The notes: generated from the sequence alone by a model not told the origin. A DNA stretch of 55,926 bases from an uncultured SAR86 cluster bacterium (GCA_902514765.1 CABXSA010000004.1:1-55926); one strand, 5' to 3'; positions 15,372 through 26,405 are shown, numbered from the stretch's first letter. A program made the numbers and translations.

Positions 15372-16001
15372 ATGTTTGGATTCAAAAGTTTAGAAATACC
15401 TATTAAAGAAGATTGTCTACCTGGTAGAACACAGGCAATTTACAGTCCAGATAATCATTTCGTAACCGGTGCGCCTATGTCCGAGTGCATGTCTCAAAAT
15501 AGTCCCAGAATACTCTTTGGCATGGGCTGCTTTTGGGGAGCAGAGAAAATGTTTTGGGATTTGGATTGCGTTAAGGTTACCGGTGTTGGCTATGCTGCTG
15601 GACACACACCCAACCCTACTTATGAAGAAGTATGTTCGGGATTAACTGCCCACTCTGAAATTGTTTTTGTGACTTATGAAGATGCTTCCAATTTTGAAGA
15701 ATTGTTACAAGTCTTTTGGGAAGGACATGATCCTACGCAATTCATGCGTCAAGGTGGTGATGTGGGCACGCAATATCGTTCTGGGATTTATTTTTTTGAT
15801 AAAGCTCAAGAAGAACTGGCTCTCAAAACCAAAGAAATTTATCAAGCAAAACTAGACGCCAATGGCTTTGGTGAAATTGTCACGGAAATCTTACCCGTTT
15901 CAGAAGAATTTTACGCTGAGGATTATCATCAACAATACTTAGCAAAAAACCCTAACGGTTACTGTGGACACGGCGGCTGTGGCGTAAGATTTAAAGATTA
16001 G
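15372..16001 (+). CDS. msrA: Peptide-methionine (S)-S-oxide reductase
   Basis: GCFWG and YAEDYHQQYL motifs. Confidence 0.97.
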   Translation: MFGFKSLEIPIKEDCLPGRTQAIYSPDNHFVTGAPMSECMSQNSPRILFGMGCFWGAEKMFWDLDCVKVTGVGYAAGHTPNPTYEEVCSGLTAHSEIVFVTYEDASNFEELLQVFWEGHDPTQFMRQGGDVGTQYRSGIYFFDKAQEELALKTKEIYQAKLDANGFGEIVTEILPVSEEFYAEDYHQQYLAKNPNGYCGHGGCGVRFKD

Positions 16002-16813
16002 CCTTTCCAGTGAAATTCATCACCCTGGTTAACGGCTTTATCTTCTTCGATTAATTTATTCAAGTGAGCTAAGAGAGAGGCTCTTGCAATACCATGCAGC
16101 CTTTCATCGACATCGTCATAAACCTTTTCAACCAATTGGTCTAAGTTGGCTTTTGAAAATTCTGTTAAGGCATCGACTACTTTCTTCTCTCTAAACATTC
16201 TATGGCTGACAATCCAATCCACGACGCTTTTGGGATCTTTCATGAGATTTCCATGCCCTGGTGCAATCAAGGAGATATCAAATTGTTTGAGTTTTTCTAA
16301 GGACTCAATGTATTGCTTCATATTGCCATCAGGTGGACCAATGACTACTGTTGAACCTTCCATAATATGATCTCCAGTGAAGATTAATTTCTCTTCTTCT
16401 AGGAGATAGCAGAGGTGATTTGAAGCATGTCCTGGCGTGTGAATGGCTTTTAAGGTGTATTCAATTTCTCTAATTTCATCACCATCTTTTAAAACTTTGT
16501 GAGCTTTAAAGGTTTTATCCTGGGTTTGCTTATGCAATGCGTACATTCCCATAACTGGTGCTGCGGTTCGTTGATGAAGCAACTTAGCTCCCGGAGAATG
16601 ATCAGGATGGGTATGAGTAACAAGAATTTGTTTGATGTCGTCGCCACAAGCTTTAGCAATGTTTTCAATATGCTCTGGCATGGCAGGACCTGGATCAATC
16701 ACCGTGATTTCTTCTTTGCCTACAAGATAGGTATTCGTTCCTGGGCCAGTAAATACACTAGAATTGCCCGCAGTAATTCTTCTGACTAATGGTGAGAGCT
16801 CAGTGATCGTCAT
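15998..16813 (-). CDS. Metallo-beta-lactamase-fold hydrolase (LACTB2-like)
   Basis: TGPGTNTY, THTHPDH, TPGH, FTGDH, PGHG motifs and a C-terminal winged-helix-like part; likely start ATG 16813 (MTITEL). Confidence 0.88.
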   Translation of the reverse strand: MTITELSPLVRRITAGNSSVFTGPGTNTYLVGKEEITVIDPGPAMPEHIENIAKACGDDIKQILVTHTHPDHSPGAKLLHQRTAAPVMGMYALHKQTQDKTFKAHKVLKDGDEIREIEYTLKAIHTPGHASNHLCYLLEEEKLIFTGDHIMEGSTVVIGPPDGNMKQYIESLEKLKQFDISLIAPGHGNLMKDPKSVVDWIVSHRMFREKKVVDALTEFSKANLDQLVEKVYDDVDERLHGIARASLLAHLNKLIEEDKAVNQGDEFHWKG

Positions 16814-17669
16814 AACCCTCATCTCCTGGCATAAGCAAAACCATTTTTCCGTCTTGCATGAAAATTTTTGGTTCAACTGTCACAATATTGTTCTGCTCTT
16901 CCACTTTGTCTTTAAGAAGCTTTTCAGTATCGGAGTATCCTTTGATAGATTCTAAATTTTTAATAGTTGGAAAAATTATTGGAAACTCACCCTTTTCGCC
17001 TTGAGCGAGGGCATCTTCAGGTTTTATCCAAATACTTTTTACTCCTTCACTGCCATCATGTTTAGCAGTTTGGCCTTCTGGAAATAGCGCAATAAAAAAA
17101 TGCGTACTGTATCTTTTAGCTTCTGATTTTGGTGTAACCCAATGTGAAATGTATGCCAGACGGTCAACTGCCAATTGCAAATCCAATTTTTGACACAGTT
17201 CTAATAAGACTGGCTCGCCTCGATTCAATTTATCTCGATATTCATTGAGAACTTCTTTTTCTTTGCCTTCTGAGGACCCGAAGACCTCACCATCACTTCG
17301 ATAAGCGAGTAATACGCCACATTCTTCGAAACATTCTCTAATACAAGCAATCCAATAATTAAGTCCGCCTGATTTAACGCCTAATAATTGTGATGCGACT
17401 TCGTCTGTTAAACCACGGCAATAATTATTGATATCATCCTTGAGGTCGTATTCATCCAATTTTCCTCCAGGAAATACCCACGCACCGCCAAAATTTGTTT
17501 TGATTGATCTTTGAATCATAAATACTTCTACTGCTTCTCCGATAGTCCTGACCAGCAACACAGTGGCTGCAGGTTTAGGTTCTGAAGGCGGTAAAGAGGG
17601 ATCAGCTTGTTGAATATTGATCTTGGGATTTCTTTCTACTTTGATATCTTTGGAATCTTTTTCTGACAT
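16800..17669 (-). CDS. Nudix hydrolase (NUDT19-like)
   Basis: PAATVLL, VFPGGKLD, split Nudix box IRECFEECG, HWVTP...RYSTHFF. Confidence 0.85.
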   Translation of the reverse strand: MSEKDSKDIKVERNPKINIQQADPSLPPSEPKPAATVLLVRTIGEAVEVFMIQRSIKTNFGGAWVFPGGKLDEYDLKDDINNYCRGLTDEVASQLLGVKSGGLNYWIACIRECFEECGVLLAYRSDGEVFGSSEGKEKEVLNEYRDKLNRGEPVLLELCQKLDLQLAVDRLAYISHWVTPKSEAKRYSTHFFIALFPEGQTAKHDGSEGVKSIWIKPEDALAQGEKGEFPIIFPTIKNLESIKGYSDTEKLLKDKVEEQNNIVTVEPKIFMQDGKMVLLMPGDEGYDDH

Positions 17670-17728
17670 ATAAATTTTAGATTTCAGGATTGTTTGTACA
17701 TAATATATTTAATAAATTTTTATACAAA

Positions 17729-18565
17729 TTGAAAATCAAAGAATTTAAATCTAAAAATATCGAAAAAAAGATCATCAGAAATCCTAATTCGAATAAAGGA
17801 GACTATGGTCATGTTTTAGTCATTGCAGGAAATCTCGGTTTTGGAGGCGCTGCCCTTCTTTCTTCAAAGGCAGTTCTTGTAAGCGGTGCAGGTTTGGCGA
17901 CCTTAGCAACAAGAAAAGACCATCTGTCAGCTGCTTTGGCATATTGTCCAGAAGTTATGACGAAAACTGTGGAAAGTATCTCTGACTTAGAAAATCACTT
18001 ATCTAATAAAACAGTCATTTGTATCGGTCCGGGATTGGGTAGAAATTATTGGGCTGATCAGATGCTTTATAAAACAACAAACTTTGCAGCAAAAGAAAAT
18101 CTGCCGATTTTGATAGATGCTGATGGATTAAATATCCTCTCTGAAAACAGACTGAAAATTAAATTGCCAAAAAAACTAATCCTTACGCCTCACCCAGGTG
18201 AAGCAGCGCGATTGCTGAAGACAAAGGTCTCGACCATTCAAAAAAATAGACCACTAGCATTAGCTAAGCTTTGTGACAAATACAATGCAACGGTCATTCT
18301 TAAAGGTCATGAAACATTGGTTGGTAACAAAAGAACTTCATTTGTTTGTAAAAAAGGCAATGCCGGTATGGCAGTAGGCGGCATGGGCGATGTGCTTTCT
18401 GGGCTGGTTTCTGGATTAATTGCTCAAGGTTTATCATCCATTGATGCTGCTTGCTTAGGAGTGGATATCCATGCAAGTGCAGCAGATAGTTATGTAGAAA
18501 AGTACGATATGAAATCTTTGATGCCTTCTGATTTATTTAACTTTATGAAAATGAAGAATGAATAA
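17729..18565 (+). CDS. nnrD: NAD(P)H-hydrate dehydratase (stand-alone YjeF C-terminal domain)
   Basis: NKGDYG, IGPGLG, DADGL, TPHPGEA, GGMGDVLSG motifs; start uncertain (TTG 17690 or TTG 17729). Confidence 0.9.
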   Translation: MKIKEFKSKNIEKKIIRNPNSNKGDYGHVLVIAGNLGFGGAALLSSKAVLVSGAGLATLATRKDHLSAALAYCPEVMTKTVESISDLENHLSNKTVICIGPGLGRNYWADQMLYKTTNFAAKENLPILIDADGLNILSENRLKIKLPKKLILTPHPGEAARLLKTKVSTIQKNRPLALAKLCDKYNATVILKGHETLVGNKRTSFVCKKGNAGMAVGGMGDVLSGLVSGLIAQGLSSIDAACLGVDIHASAADSYVEKYDMKSLMPSDLFNFMKMKNE

Positions 18566-19010
18566 AGAACTTGTCTTGTCAGGCCTAGATGAAACAAAAC
18601 AACTTGCAGAAAAACTCGCTTCTTTTTTAACAAAAGAAAATAATTATCCAATTTCTATTCATCTTTCTGGAGACTTAGGCACAGGAAAGACCACTTTGGT
18701 AAAAGAAGTTTTAAATTATCTTGGCATAGAAAATTTCATCAATAGTCCAACCTTTACTTTGATTGAGCCTTATGAAATCAATGATTTGAAAATCTTTCAT
18801 ATCGATTTATACCGTGTGGAAAAAATAAGCGAACTAAGCGCAATCGGTTTAGAAGAATATCTGCAAGAAGCGAATTCCATTAACTTTATTGAATGGCCTG
18901 AAAATGGATCTGGTTTTTTAAAAGAGCCTGACATTGCCATTTCGTTAAATCACCAAGGTGAAACTACACGAAAATGTGAAGTTCAAACTTCTTTAGCCTT
19001 AAACCTCTAA
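18558..19010 (+). CDS. tsaE: tRNA t6A biosynthesis ATPase TsaE
   Basis: GDLGTGKTT, SPTFTL, HIDLYR, IEWPE motifs. Confidence 0.96.
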   Translation: MNKELVLSGLDETKQLAEKLASFLTKENNYPISIHLSGDLGTGKTTLVKEVLNYLGIENFINSPTFTLIEPYEINDLKIFHIDLYRVEKISELSAIGLEEYLQEANSINFIEWPENGSGFLKEPDIAISLNHQGETTRKCEVQTSLALNL

Positions 19011-19011
19011 G

Positions 19012-21177
19012 CTAGTTGAGTGGATCCACATCAATTCCAACTCTGACATTTTTTGAATAATCGCTTTGATCGATCATCTTGATAACTTGATTTGCAAGGG
19101 CATGTATTTTTTTTCTATTTTCAGATTTTAGAGTTAAGACCCATCGAAAGTAATTTTTTCGCTTTTCGATGAGCTCTGGTTTAGGCCCTATAAATTCATC
19201 ATCATTTAAGTTTAATGAACGAGAAATTTCCATCAAAACCTTCTCAGGTAGGGGTCGTTTTAGGGACTCCGCATGAATGTTGATTTGATAAACAAAAGGC
19301 GGAAGCTTGCTGGATTGTCTTTCTTCTAAAATTTCGTTGGCAATCCTATCGTAATCAAAAGAAGAAATTTTTTCTAAAAAAGGATGTTCTGGTACAAACG
19401 ATTGCAAAATGACTCTGCCTTCTTTATCTTCCCTGCCAGCTCTTCCTGAAACCTGAATCAATAACTGAGCCAACCTTTCAGAAGCTTTGTGATCAACTGA
19501 AAAAAGACCGCTGTCAGCGTCTACTACTACCACTAAAGTCAAATTGGGCATGTGATGACCTTTGGCTAAAATCTGCGTTCCCACCAAGATCAGAGGCTCT
19601 TTGGAATCCGGTAATACCGAGTTGGATCTTAATTGCTCTTTACCCAGAGCTTCTCGATCAACTCTAATAACAGAAGTATTTTTAAAATACTCTTTTAAAA
19701 ATTCTTCGAGTTTCTCGGTTCCTGTATGAAAAAATTCCAAACTTTCTTCGTTACAGTTCAGACAAGCAACAGGCATAGGATGCTTGGTACCACAATGATG
19801 ACAAACTAATCTTTTAGGATTGATGTGATAAACCATTGATACGTCACAATTACTGCATTCCGGAGTCCAGCCGCATTTGTTACAAAAGACCATTGGTGCA
19901 TAGCCTTTTTTGTTCAGGAAGACTAAAACTTGATTGCCTTTACTCAATTCTTTGGAAATTTCATTAAGACTGTATTCGGTTAAACCTGACTTTAATTCAG
20001 ATGATCTTAAATCAGAGATTTCAAACTTAGGCTGTCTGGCATCTTTTACCCTTCGAGTTAGTTTGTGTAAGGAGTATTTTTCATCTTGACAATTTTTAAG
20101 ACTTTCCAAGCTAGGCGTTGCTGAGCACATGATGACGGGAATTTTTTCAAGATTTGCTCGATAGACTGCAACGTCTCTAGCTGAATATCTAAAACCATCA
20201 ATTTGTTTGTATGAAGAATCATGCTCTTCATCTACCACTATCAAGCCTAAATCCTTGAAAGGCGTAAAAATTGCTGATCTTGTTCCAATCAAAATAGATT
20301 TAAAACCTTTGTTAATATCATTCCAAGCGTGAGCTCTATCTTTTTCTGACATTTCCGAGTGCAAAAGAGCGACATTGTCCTCGCCAAATCTCCTTTCGAT
20401 TTCGGCTTTTAGATTTGGAGTCAGACCAATTTCTGGAACCAGGATCAGAACTTGTTTACCTTTTTCTATGAAGTCTCTGATTAGATGAAAATATATTTCG
20501 GTTTTACCACTTCCCGTAACACCAAAAATTAGATGCGTAAGATTGGCTGATGAATTTTTAATGGACTTATAAATTTTATTTTGCTCATCATTCAATTCAA
20601 AAAAAGCTTCTGAGTTAAGTTCCTTGTTAGTTTTCAATTCATTTCGATTGCGGCTTTTTTTCTCAAGATAACTTTTTGAAATTAAAGCATCCAAGATGGC
20701 TTTAGAGATTTTGTTTGCTTTTAAACCTGGACGGGATAACTCCGATTGGTGTTGAAAAACTTCTAGGGCTTCAAATTGCTTTTTTGCACGTCCAAAGGAT
20801 TCTTTGCTTGCTAATTTACCCAAGTTTGTAATTACGTAAACCTCTATAAAATCATTTATTTCTTTGCCTTTTCTCAAGAAAGGTGGGAAATAGGATTTAA
20901 AAATTTCTCCAATAGGTGCTTTATAATAATTAGCTATCCAATGAATGAGGTCGTAAGAGGACTTATCAATTAAAGAATTTCTATCTAAAACTTTGGTTAT
21001 GGGTTTTATGGATTTTACATTTGGGCTGGATTGTTTTTTTAAAACGTATCCGACAATTTCTCGGTTTCTAAACGGAACTTGAACTCTGGAGCCATTGGAA
21101 ATCTTGATATTTGAACTGTAAGTAAAAGAGTTTCTTAAAGGTAAAGGAAGAGCTACTTCATAATATAAATTTTCCAT
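19012..21177 (-). CDS. priA: Primosomal protein N'
   Basis: GVTGSGKTE, DEEHD, four CxxC motifs, QVSGRAGR. Confidence 0.97.
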   Translation of the reverse strand: MENLYYEVALPLPLRNSFTYSSNIKISNGSRVQVPFRNREIVGYVLKKQSSPNVKSIKPITKVLDRNSLIDKSSYDLIHWIANYYKAPIGEIFKSYFPPFLRKGKEINDFIEVYVITNLGKLASKESFGRAKKQFEALEVFQHQSELSRPGLKANKISKAILDALISKSYLEKKSRNRNELKTNKELNSEAFFELNDEQNKIYKSIKNSSANLTHLIFGVTGSGKTEIYFHLIRDFIEKGKQVLILVPEIGLTPNLKAEIERRFGEDNVALLHSEMSEKDRAHAWNDINKGFKSILIGTRSAIFTPFKDLGLIVVDEEHDSSYKQIDGFRYSARDVAVYRANLEKIPVIMCSATPSLESLKNCQDEKYSLHKLTRRVKDARQPKFEISDLRSSELKSGLTEYSLNEISKELSKGNQVLVFLNKKGYAPMVFCNKCGWTPECSNCDVSMVYHINPKRLVCHHCGTKHPMPVACLNCNEESLEFFHTGTEKLEEFLKEYFKNTSVIRVDREALGKEQLRSNSVLPDSKEPLILVGTQILAKGHHMPNLTLVVVVDADSGLFSVDHKASERLAQLLIQVSGRAGREDKEGRVILQSFVPEHPFLEKISSFDYDRIANEILEERQSSKLPPFVYQINIHAESLKRPLPEKVLMEISRSLNLNDDEFIGPKPELIEKRKNYFRWVLTLKSENRKKIHALANQVIKMIDQSDYSKNVRVGIDVDPLN

Positions 21178-21187
21178 TTAAGTTTAT

Positions 21188-21220
21188 TTGAGAATAAATA
21201 GTCTTCTGGTATAGTGCGGC
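21188..21220 (+). promoter_or_regulatory. Sigma70 promoter of rpmE2
   Basis: TTGAGA-16 nt-TATAGT with extended TG and a GC-rich discriminator GCGGC. Confidence 0.65.
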
Positions 21221-21247
21221 AGCATATTTTTTTAATCAAGAAGAATA

Positions 21248-21727
21248 GTGAAAAAAGAAATTCATCCAGAATACAGAACGGTTTTATTTCATGATGTGAG
21301 TGTAGATAAGTACTATCTAATTCCATCAACATTGGAAACTGACCAAACAAAAGAATGGGAAGATGGTAATACTTATCCTTACTGCCCTCTTGATGTATCT
21401 TCAGCCTCACATCCTTTCTACACAGGTCAGAATAAAATCATCGATACTGGTGGAAGAGTTGAAAGGTTTAAAAAACGTTTTTCAAAAAAGAAAGCTGCTG
21501 TAAAAGCTGCTCCTGCTGAAGAAAGCCCTAAAGAAGAGACACCCTCAGTTGATGAAGAAGATATAAAAGCTTCAGCTCCTGCTGAAGAAGTTTCGAAAGA
21601 GGTTCCTGAAGCTACAGCTGAAGAAGCCATTGAAGCTACTGAAGCAGCTCCTTCTGATGCTCCTCAAGAAGAAACTTCTGCTGAAGAAGTTAGTGGTGAA
21701 TCTTCTGACTCTTCAGAAGAAAAATAA
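21248..21727 (+). CDS. rpmE2: 50S ribosomal protein L31 type B with long acidic C-terminal tail
   Basis: GTG start; KKEIHPEY...[12 protein letters not shown]...GRVERF; no CxC/CxxC ribbon; about 80-aa Glu/Ala/Ser tail. Confidence 0.92.
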   Translation: MKKEIHPEYRTVLFHDVSVDKYYLIPSTLETDQTKEWEDGNTYPYCPLDVSSASHPFYTGQNKIIDTGGRVERFKKRFSKKKAAVKAAPAEESPKEETPSVDEEDIKASAPAEEVSKEVPEATAEEAIEATEAAPSDAPQEETSAEEVSGESSDSSEEK

Positions 21728-21768
21728 ATTTTCATACTTGATTTTTTAGACTCCTAACAGTCACTTAT

Positions 21769-23556
21769 ATGAATCCTGAATTTATTAGAAATATCGCCAT
21801 CATTGCACATGTCGATCATGGGAAAACGACTCTAGTCGATAAATTACTAGAACATTCCGGTACCTTGGATAGAAAAAATATTGGCTCGGAGAGAATCTTA
21901 GATTCCAACGATCAAGAAAGAGAGAGAGGAATAACGATTCTTTCTAAAAATACTGCCATCAAGTGGAAAGATCACAAAATCAATATCGTAGACACTCCTG
22001 GTCATGCTGATTTTGGTGGAGAAGTGGAAAGAGTTTTGTCTATGGTAGATTCGGTTTTGTTGCTAGTTGATGCCGTCGATGGGCCTATGCCACAAACCAG
22101 ATTTGTGACTCAAAAAGCTTTTGAAAAAGGACTTAACCCGATTTTAGTTATTAATAAAATTGATCGTCCAAGTGCCAGACCCGATTGGGTACAAGATCAA
22201 GTTTTTGATCTCTTCGATAGGTTGGATGGGAATGATCAACAGATGGATTTTCCTACAATCTATACCTCTGCATTGAACGGAACATCTGGTTTGGATTTGG
22301 AGAAAATTGAAGAAGATATGTCTCCACTCTTAGACCTCATCATAACTAAAGTGAGTAAACCTCCTGTGAGTTTGGAAGAACCCTTTCAAATGCAAATCAG
22401 TGCTTTAGATAGTAATAGCTATGTGGGAGTAATCGGCATCGGCAGAATATCTCGTGGAAACGTCAAACCAAACGATCAAGTTGTAGTGATTGATGCTGAA
22501 GGAGAACAAAAAACAGGAAAAATTCTCCAGGTTTTGGGTCATGAAGGTTTGGAAAGAGTTGAGGTCGACAAAGCTGAAGCCGGTGATATTGTCTGTGTGA
22601 CTGGCATTGAAAAATTGTATATCTCAGATACTTTATGTGACCCAGAGAATATAGAACAACTCCCTCCTCTCTCTGTAGATGAGCCGACTGTGAGTATGAC
22701 CTTTCAAGTGAATGATTCCCCATTTGCTGGTAAGGAAGGTAAGTTTGTAACGTCAAGAAACATCAAAGACCGTCTTGAACAAGAATTACTAAGTAACGTT
22801 GCTCTTAGAGTTGAGCAAGGTGAAAGTGCTGATAAATTCAAAGTCTCTGGCCGTGGTGAATTGCATTTATCGGTTTTGATAGAAAACATGCGTCGAGATG
22901 GGTTCGAACTCGGAGTTTCAAAACCTGAGGTCATTCAAAAAGAAGTGAATGGTGAAATTCATGAACCTTTCGAGCAAATAGTAATTGATATCGAGGAACA
23001 ACATCAAGGACCTGTAATGGAAGAGATGGGTTCAAGAAAAGCAGAACTGAAAAATATGGAACCGAGCGAAACGGGAAGAATAAAATTAGATTTTATTGCA
23101 CCTTCCAGAGGAATGATTGGGTTTAGGTCTCAGTTTCTTACCTTAACCAGCGGCACCGGAATTCTAACCAGTATCTTCGATCATTACGGCCCTGCAAAAA
23201 AAGGTGAGATTACTACGCGTCAAAATGGGGTATTGGTCTCTATGGCTGAAGGCAAAACCTTGGCCTATTCTTTATTCAACCTACAAAACAGAGGAAAGCT
23301 TTTTGTCGGACATGGATTGAATGTATATAAAGGGCAAATTGTTGGCTTGCATTCCAGAGACAACGACTTACCAGTCAATCCAACCAAAGCAAAACAGTTA
23401 ACCAATATCAGAGCCTCAGGTACTGACGAAAATCTTATCTTGGTTCCCCATATTGAACATTCTTTAGAACAGGCATTGGAATTTATCGACGAAGACGAAT
23501 TAGTGGAAGTAACACCTTCAGCGATTAGATTAAGAAAAAAAGCTTTCAGATTTTAA
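21769..23556 (+). CDS. typA: Translational GTPase TypA/BipA
   Basis: [37 protein letters not shown] motifs. Confidence 0.98.
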   Translation: MNPEFIRNIAIIAHVDHGKTTLVDKLLEHSGTLDRKNIGSERILDSNDQERERGITILSKNTAIKWKDHKINIVDTPGHADFGGEVERVLSMVDSVLLLVDAVDGPMPQTRFVTQKAFEKGLNPILVINKIDRPSARPDWVQDQVFDLFDRLDGNDQQMDFPTIYTSALNGTSGLDLEKIEEDMSPLLDLIITKVSKPPVSLEEPFQMQISALDSNSYVGVIGIGRISRGNVKPNDQVVVIDAEGEQKTGKILQVLGHEGLERVEVDKAEAGDIVCVTGIEKLYISDTLCDPENIEQLPPLSVDEPTVSMTFQVNDSPFAGKEGKFVTSRNIKDRLEQELLSNVALRVEQGESADKFKVSGRGELHLSVLIENMRRDGFELGVSKPEVIQKEVNGEIHEPFEQIVIDIEEQHQGPVMEEMGSRKAELKNMEPSETGRIKLDFIAPSRGMIGFRSQFLTLTSGTGILTSIFDHYGPAKKGEITTRQNGVLVSMAEGKTLAYSLFNLQNRGKLFVGHGLNVYKGQIVGLHSRDNDLPVNPTKAKQLTNIRASGTDENLILVPHIEHSLEQALEFIDEDELVEVTPSAIRLRKKAFRF

Positions 23557-23557
23557 T

Positions 23558-24109
23558 TTATTTAGTACCTGAAGAACCAAAACCCTTGGAGCCCCTTTCC
23601 GAGAAATCGAATTCAGAAACCAACTTGAAGTTAGGCGAAGAAACAGCAAAAAACATCATCTGAGCAATCCTATCTCCAGGAAGAATCTCGAAAGATTCTT
23701 TAGATCTGTTCCACAAAGAGACCATGATTTCTCCCTGATAATCGGAGTCAATAAGACCCACCAGGTTTCCCAAAACGATTCCATGTTTGTGTCCTAAGCC
23801 TGACCTAGGAAGAATCAAGGCTGCATATTTAGAATCTTTTATATGTATTGAAAATCCAGTAGTAAATAGAAAAGTCTCATCGGGCTGAAGAACTTTTTTT
23901 TCTTTGATATTGGTCCTCAAATCTAAGGCTGCGGATCCTGCAGTACTGAATTTAGGTAAGGGAATTTTGTCGCCGAGTTCGTTATCAAGAATTTTGAATT
24001 CAACGTTGAGTGCTATATTTGAGGTTGTTTGTGGTCCAGGACTAACCGCTTTAGATATCAATGAAGGCAGGAAAATTCCTACTAATTTGAGCAAAATCCA
24101 TCTAATCAT
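23558..24109 (-). CDS. dut: dUTP diphosphatase, apparently with an N-terminal extension
   Basis: [36 protein letters not shown] motifs; start uncertain. Confidence 0.94.
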   Translation of the reverse strand: MIRWILLKLVGIFLPSLISKAVSPGPQTTSNIALNVEFKILDNELGDKIPLPKFSTAGSAALDLRTNIKEKKVLQPDETFLFTTGFSIHIKDSKYAALILPRSGLGHKHGIVLGNLVGLIDSDYQGEIMVSLWNRSKESFEILPGDRIAQMMFFAVSSPNFKLVSEFDFSERGSKGFGSSGTK

Positions 24110-25304
24110 TAAGGATGTTTTTTGAAATAAATTGAACTATTTTTCTGGCAACCTTTTCTTTTGAAGTTTTAGGTATTTTTAATTCTTCTTTTTCAGTAAT
24201 CAATGTCACCTCATTATTGTTTGAGTCAAAACCTATAGAACTGTCCGAGACATCGTTGGCGACAATTAAATTTAAATTCTTTGAGGATAATTTTTTTCTA
24301 GCGTTATCAATCATATTTTCCGTTTCTGCGGCAAAACCGACTATTTTTAAATCAGGATTGTTATCTGAAACGTGTTTCAAAATGTCTTCATTTTTTTCTA
24401 AACTCAGATTCATATTTTTGGATCGATCTTTTTTAATTTTTTGAGGTTCAGCTTTTTTCATTTTGAAATCTGCAACTGCAGCCGTTGATATAAACAAGTC
24501 GATATCGGATAGATTTGCAGTAACGTGCTCTTTCATTTCCTCGGCAGATTCGATATCGATTCTTTTGACCCTTTCTGGAGTTTCTAAAGTTACTGGACCA
24601 GAAATCAAAGTCACTATTGCGGATTCATCGACAGCAGCTTTGGCAAGGGAAAAACCCATCTTTCCAGAACTTTTATTAGAGATATATCTAACGGGATCTA
24701 TTTTTTCTCTTGTTGGCCCAGCAGTGATGAGCACTTTTTTACCAGCTAGTAATCCGTTAGAAAATTCTTTAGCTACCACTTCAATAATTTCTTTGGGTTC
24801 TGACATTCTGCCAGGACCCACATCACCACAAGCTTGATCGCCCTCGTTAGGACCGATTTGGTGAAAAACAGGTTTTTTCAGCATTGAAAGGTTCTTTTTT
24901 GTACGTTTATCCTTCCACATACCTTGATTCATTGCAGGAGCAAAAAATATTTTTGAGTCTGCAGCAAGGCATACCGCGGACATTAAATCATCACCTCTTC
25001 CAGCAGCAAGTTTTGCAAGGCTATCTGCCGAACAAGGAGATATGACGATGGCATCAGCCCATCTTGCCAATTCTATATGTCCCATAGCTGATTCTGCGCT
25101 GGTATCTAAAAGATCTGAATGAACTTCATTACCAGACAAAGCCTGCATGGTAAGAGGAGTAATGAATTCTTTGGCTGCTTCCGTCATGAGTACTCGAACT
25201 TCCGAGCCTGAGCTCTTAAATAGCCTAATTAACTCAGCAGCTTTATATGCCGCAATACCTCCTGTGACGCAAAGCAAAATTTGTCTATTAGCCAATTGTT
25301 CCAT
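24102..25304 (-). CDS. coaBC: Phosphopantothenoylcysteine decarboxylase/ligase
   Basis: [48 protein letters not shown] motifs. Confidence 0.97.
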   Translation of the reverse strand: MEQLANRQILLCVTGGIAAYKAAELIRLFKSSGSEVRVLMTEAAKEFITPLTMQALSGNEVHSDLLDTSAESAMGHIELARWADAIVISPCSADSLAKLAAGRGDDLMSAVCLAADSKIFFAPAMNQGMWKDKRTKKNLSMLKKPVFHQIGPNEGDQACGDVGPGRMSEPKEIIEVVAKEFSNGLLAGKKVLITAGPTREKIDPVRYISNKSSGKMGFSLAKAAVDESAIVTLISGPVTLETPERVKRIDIESAEEMKEHVTANLSDIDLFISTAAVADFKMKKAEPQKIKKDRSKNMNLSLEKNEDILKHVSDNNPDLKIVGFAAETENMIDNARKKLSSKNLNLIVANDVSDSSIGFDSNNNEVTLITEKEELKIPKTSKEKVARKIVQFISKNILND

Positions 25305-25378
25305 ACAAAAATTATAACTCAGATAGGTTTCTTTGAACTTAGGATTCTGGTATAAAGCTCTTCTTGCAAAGGAATATT

Positions 25379-25615
25379 ATGAGCAAAGAGTGTCAAGTAA
25401 CAGGTAAAACGCCAATGGCAGGAAACAATGTTTCTAAGGCTATTAATAAAACTAAAAGAAAGTTTATGCCTAATTTGCATCGTCATAAGTTTTGGGTAGA
25501 GTCTGAAAACAAATATGTGACTCTTACTCTTTCTGCTAAAGGTATGAGAATCATTGATAAAAAAGGCATCGATGTTGTTTTAAAAGAAATCAGAGATCGA
25601 GGTGAAAAGATATGA
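25379..25615 (+). CDS. rpmB: 50S ribosomal protein L28
   Basis: [10 protein letters not shown]...GNNVS...TKRKFMPNL; AAGGA RBS before ATG 25379. Confidence 0.97.
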   Translation: MSKECQVTGKTPMAGNNVSKAINKTKRKFMPNLHRHKFWVESENKYVTLTLSAKGMRIIDKKGIDVVLKEIRDRGEKI

Positions 25616-25767
25616 GAGAAAAAATTAAACTTGTCTCCTCTGCTGGAACGGGTCATTTTTATACAACAGATAAAAATAAGACTAAAACTCCGGACAAAAT
25701 AGAATTTAAAAAATATGACCCTAGAGTCAAAAAGCACGTCATCTACAAAGAAGAAAAAATCAAATAA
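25612..25767 (+). CDS. rpmG: 50S ribosomal protein L33 (not in the ORF track)
   Basis: Manual translation: [51 protein letters not shown]; ATGA overlap with rpmB. Confidence 0.97.
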   Translation: MREKIKLVSSAGTGHFYTTDKNKTKTPDKIEFKKYDPRVKKHVIYKEEKIK

Positions 25768-26380
25768 TTTCGATATTTATCTTGCTTCTAGTTCACCTAG
25801 AAGAACCGAAATTCTTAAAAATTTAAAAGTTAATTTTGAAATCCTTAAATGTGATTTCGATGAGTCCAATTTTACTGATGAAAGACCTGAAGATTTTGTA
25901 ATCAAAAATACTCAGCAAAAATGTCTCGCTGCTCATGCGATAAGACAAAAAAAGAAGTTACCCAATAAACCAATTTTAACGGCCGATACTATTGTTGCCT
26001 TGGATGGCAAAATATTTGGAAAGCCTGAAAACAGAGATCATGCCATTGCCATGCTCCTTGAATTTTCTGGAAGAAAACATTCGGTCATGACCTGTGTTTG
26101 CTTAGGCGAAACCGACCCACAGACTGATGCTGAAATAAAAATGGTGTTTGATCTTGTCAGAACTGAAATTCAATTTGCAAACTTAACTGCCAATCAATGC
26201 GCTAAATATTGGGATACCAATGAACCAAAAGATAAGGCGGGTGCTTATGGTATTCAAGGTTATGGTGGGTTATTTGTTGAGTCTTTGGAAGGCAGCTACA
26301 GCAACGTAGTGGGGTTACCGATAGTTGAGACTTGTAAGATTTTTAAAGAAAAGAATATTGGCTATTGGTTGAATCAATAA
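25715..26380 (+). CDS. maf: Maf family nucleoside-triphosphate pyrophosphatase (YhdE-like)
   Basis: [32 protein letters not shown] motifs; start uncertain (ATG lies inside rpmG). Confidence 0.92.
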   Translation: MTLESKSTSSTKKKKSNNFDIYLASSSPRRTEILKNLKVNFEILKCDFDESNFTDERPEDFVIKNTQQKCLAAHAIRQKKKLPNKPILTADTIVALDGKIFGKPENRDHAIAMLLEFSGRKHSVMTCVCLGETDPQTDAEIKMVFDLVRTEIQFANLTANQCAKYWDTNEPKDKAGAYGIQGYGGLFVESLEGSYSNVVGLPIVETCKIFKEKNIGYWLNQ

Positions 26381-26405
26381 CTTTCTAATTCAGATAAAAT
26401 GAAGT

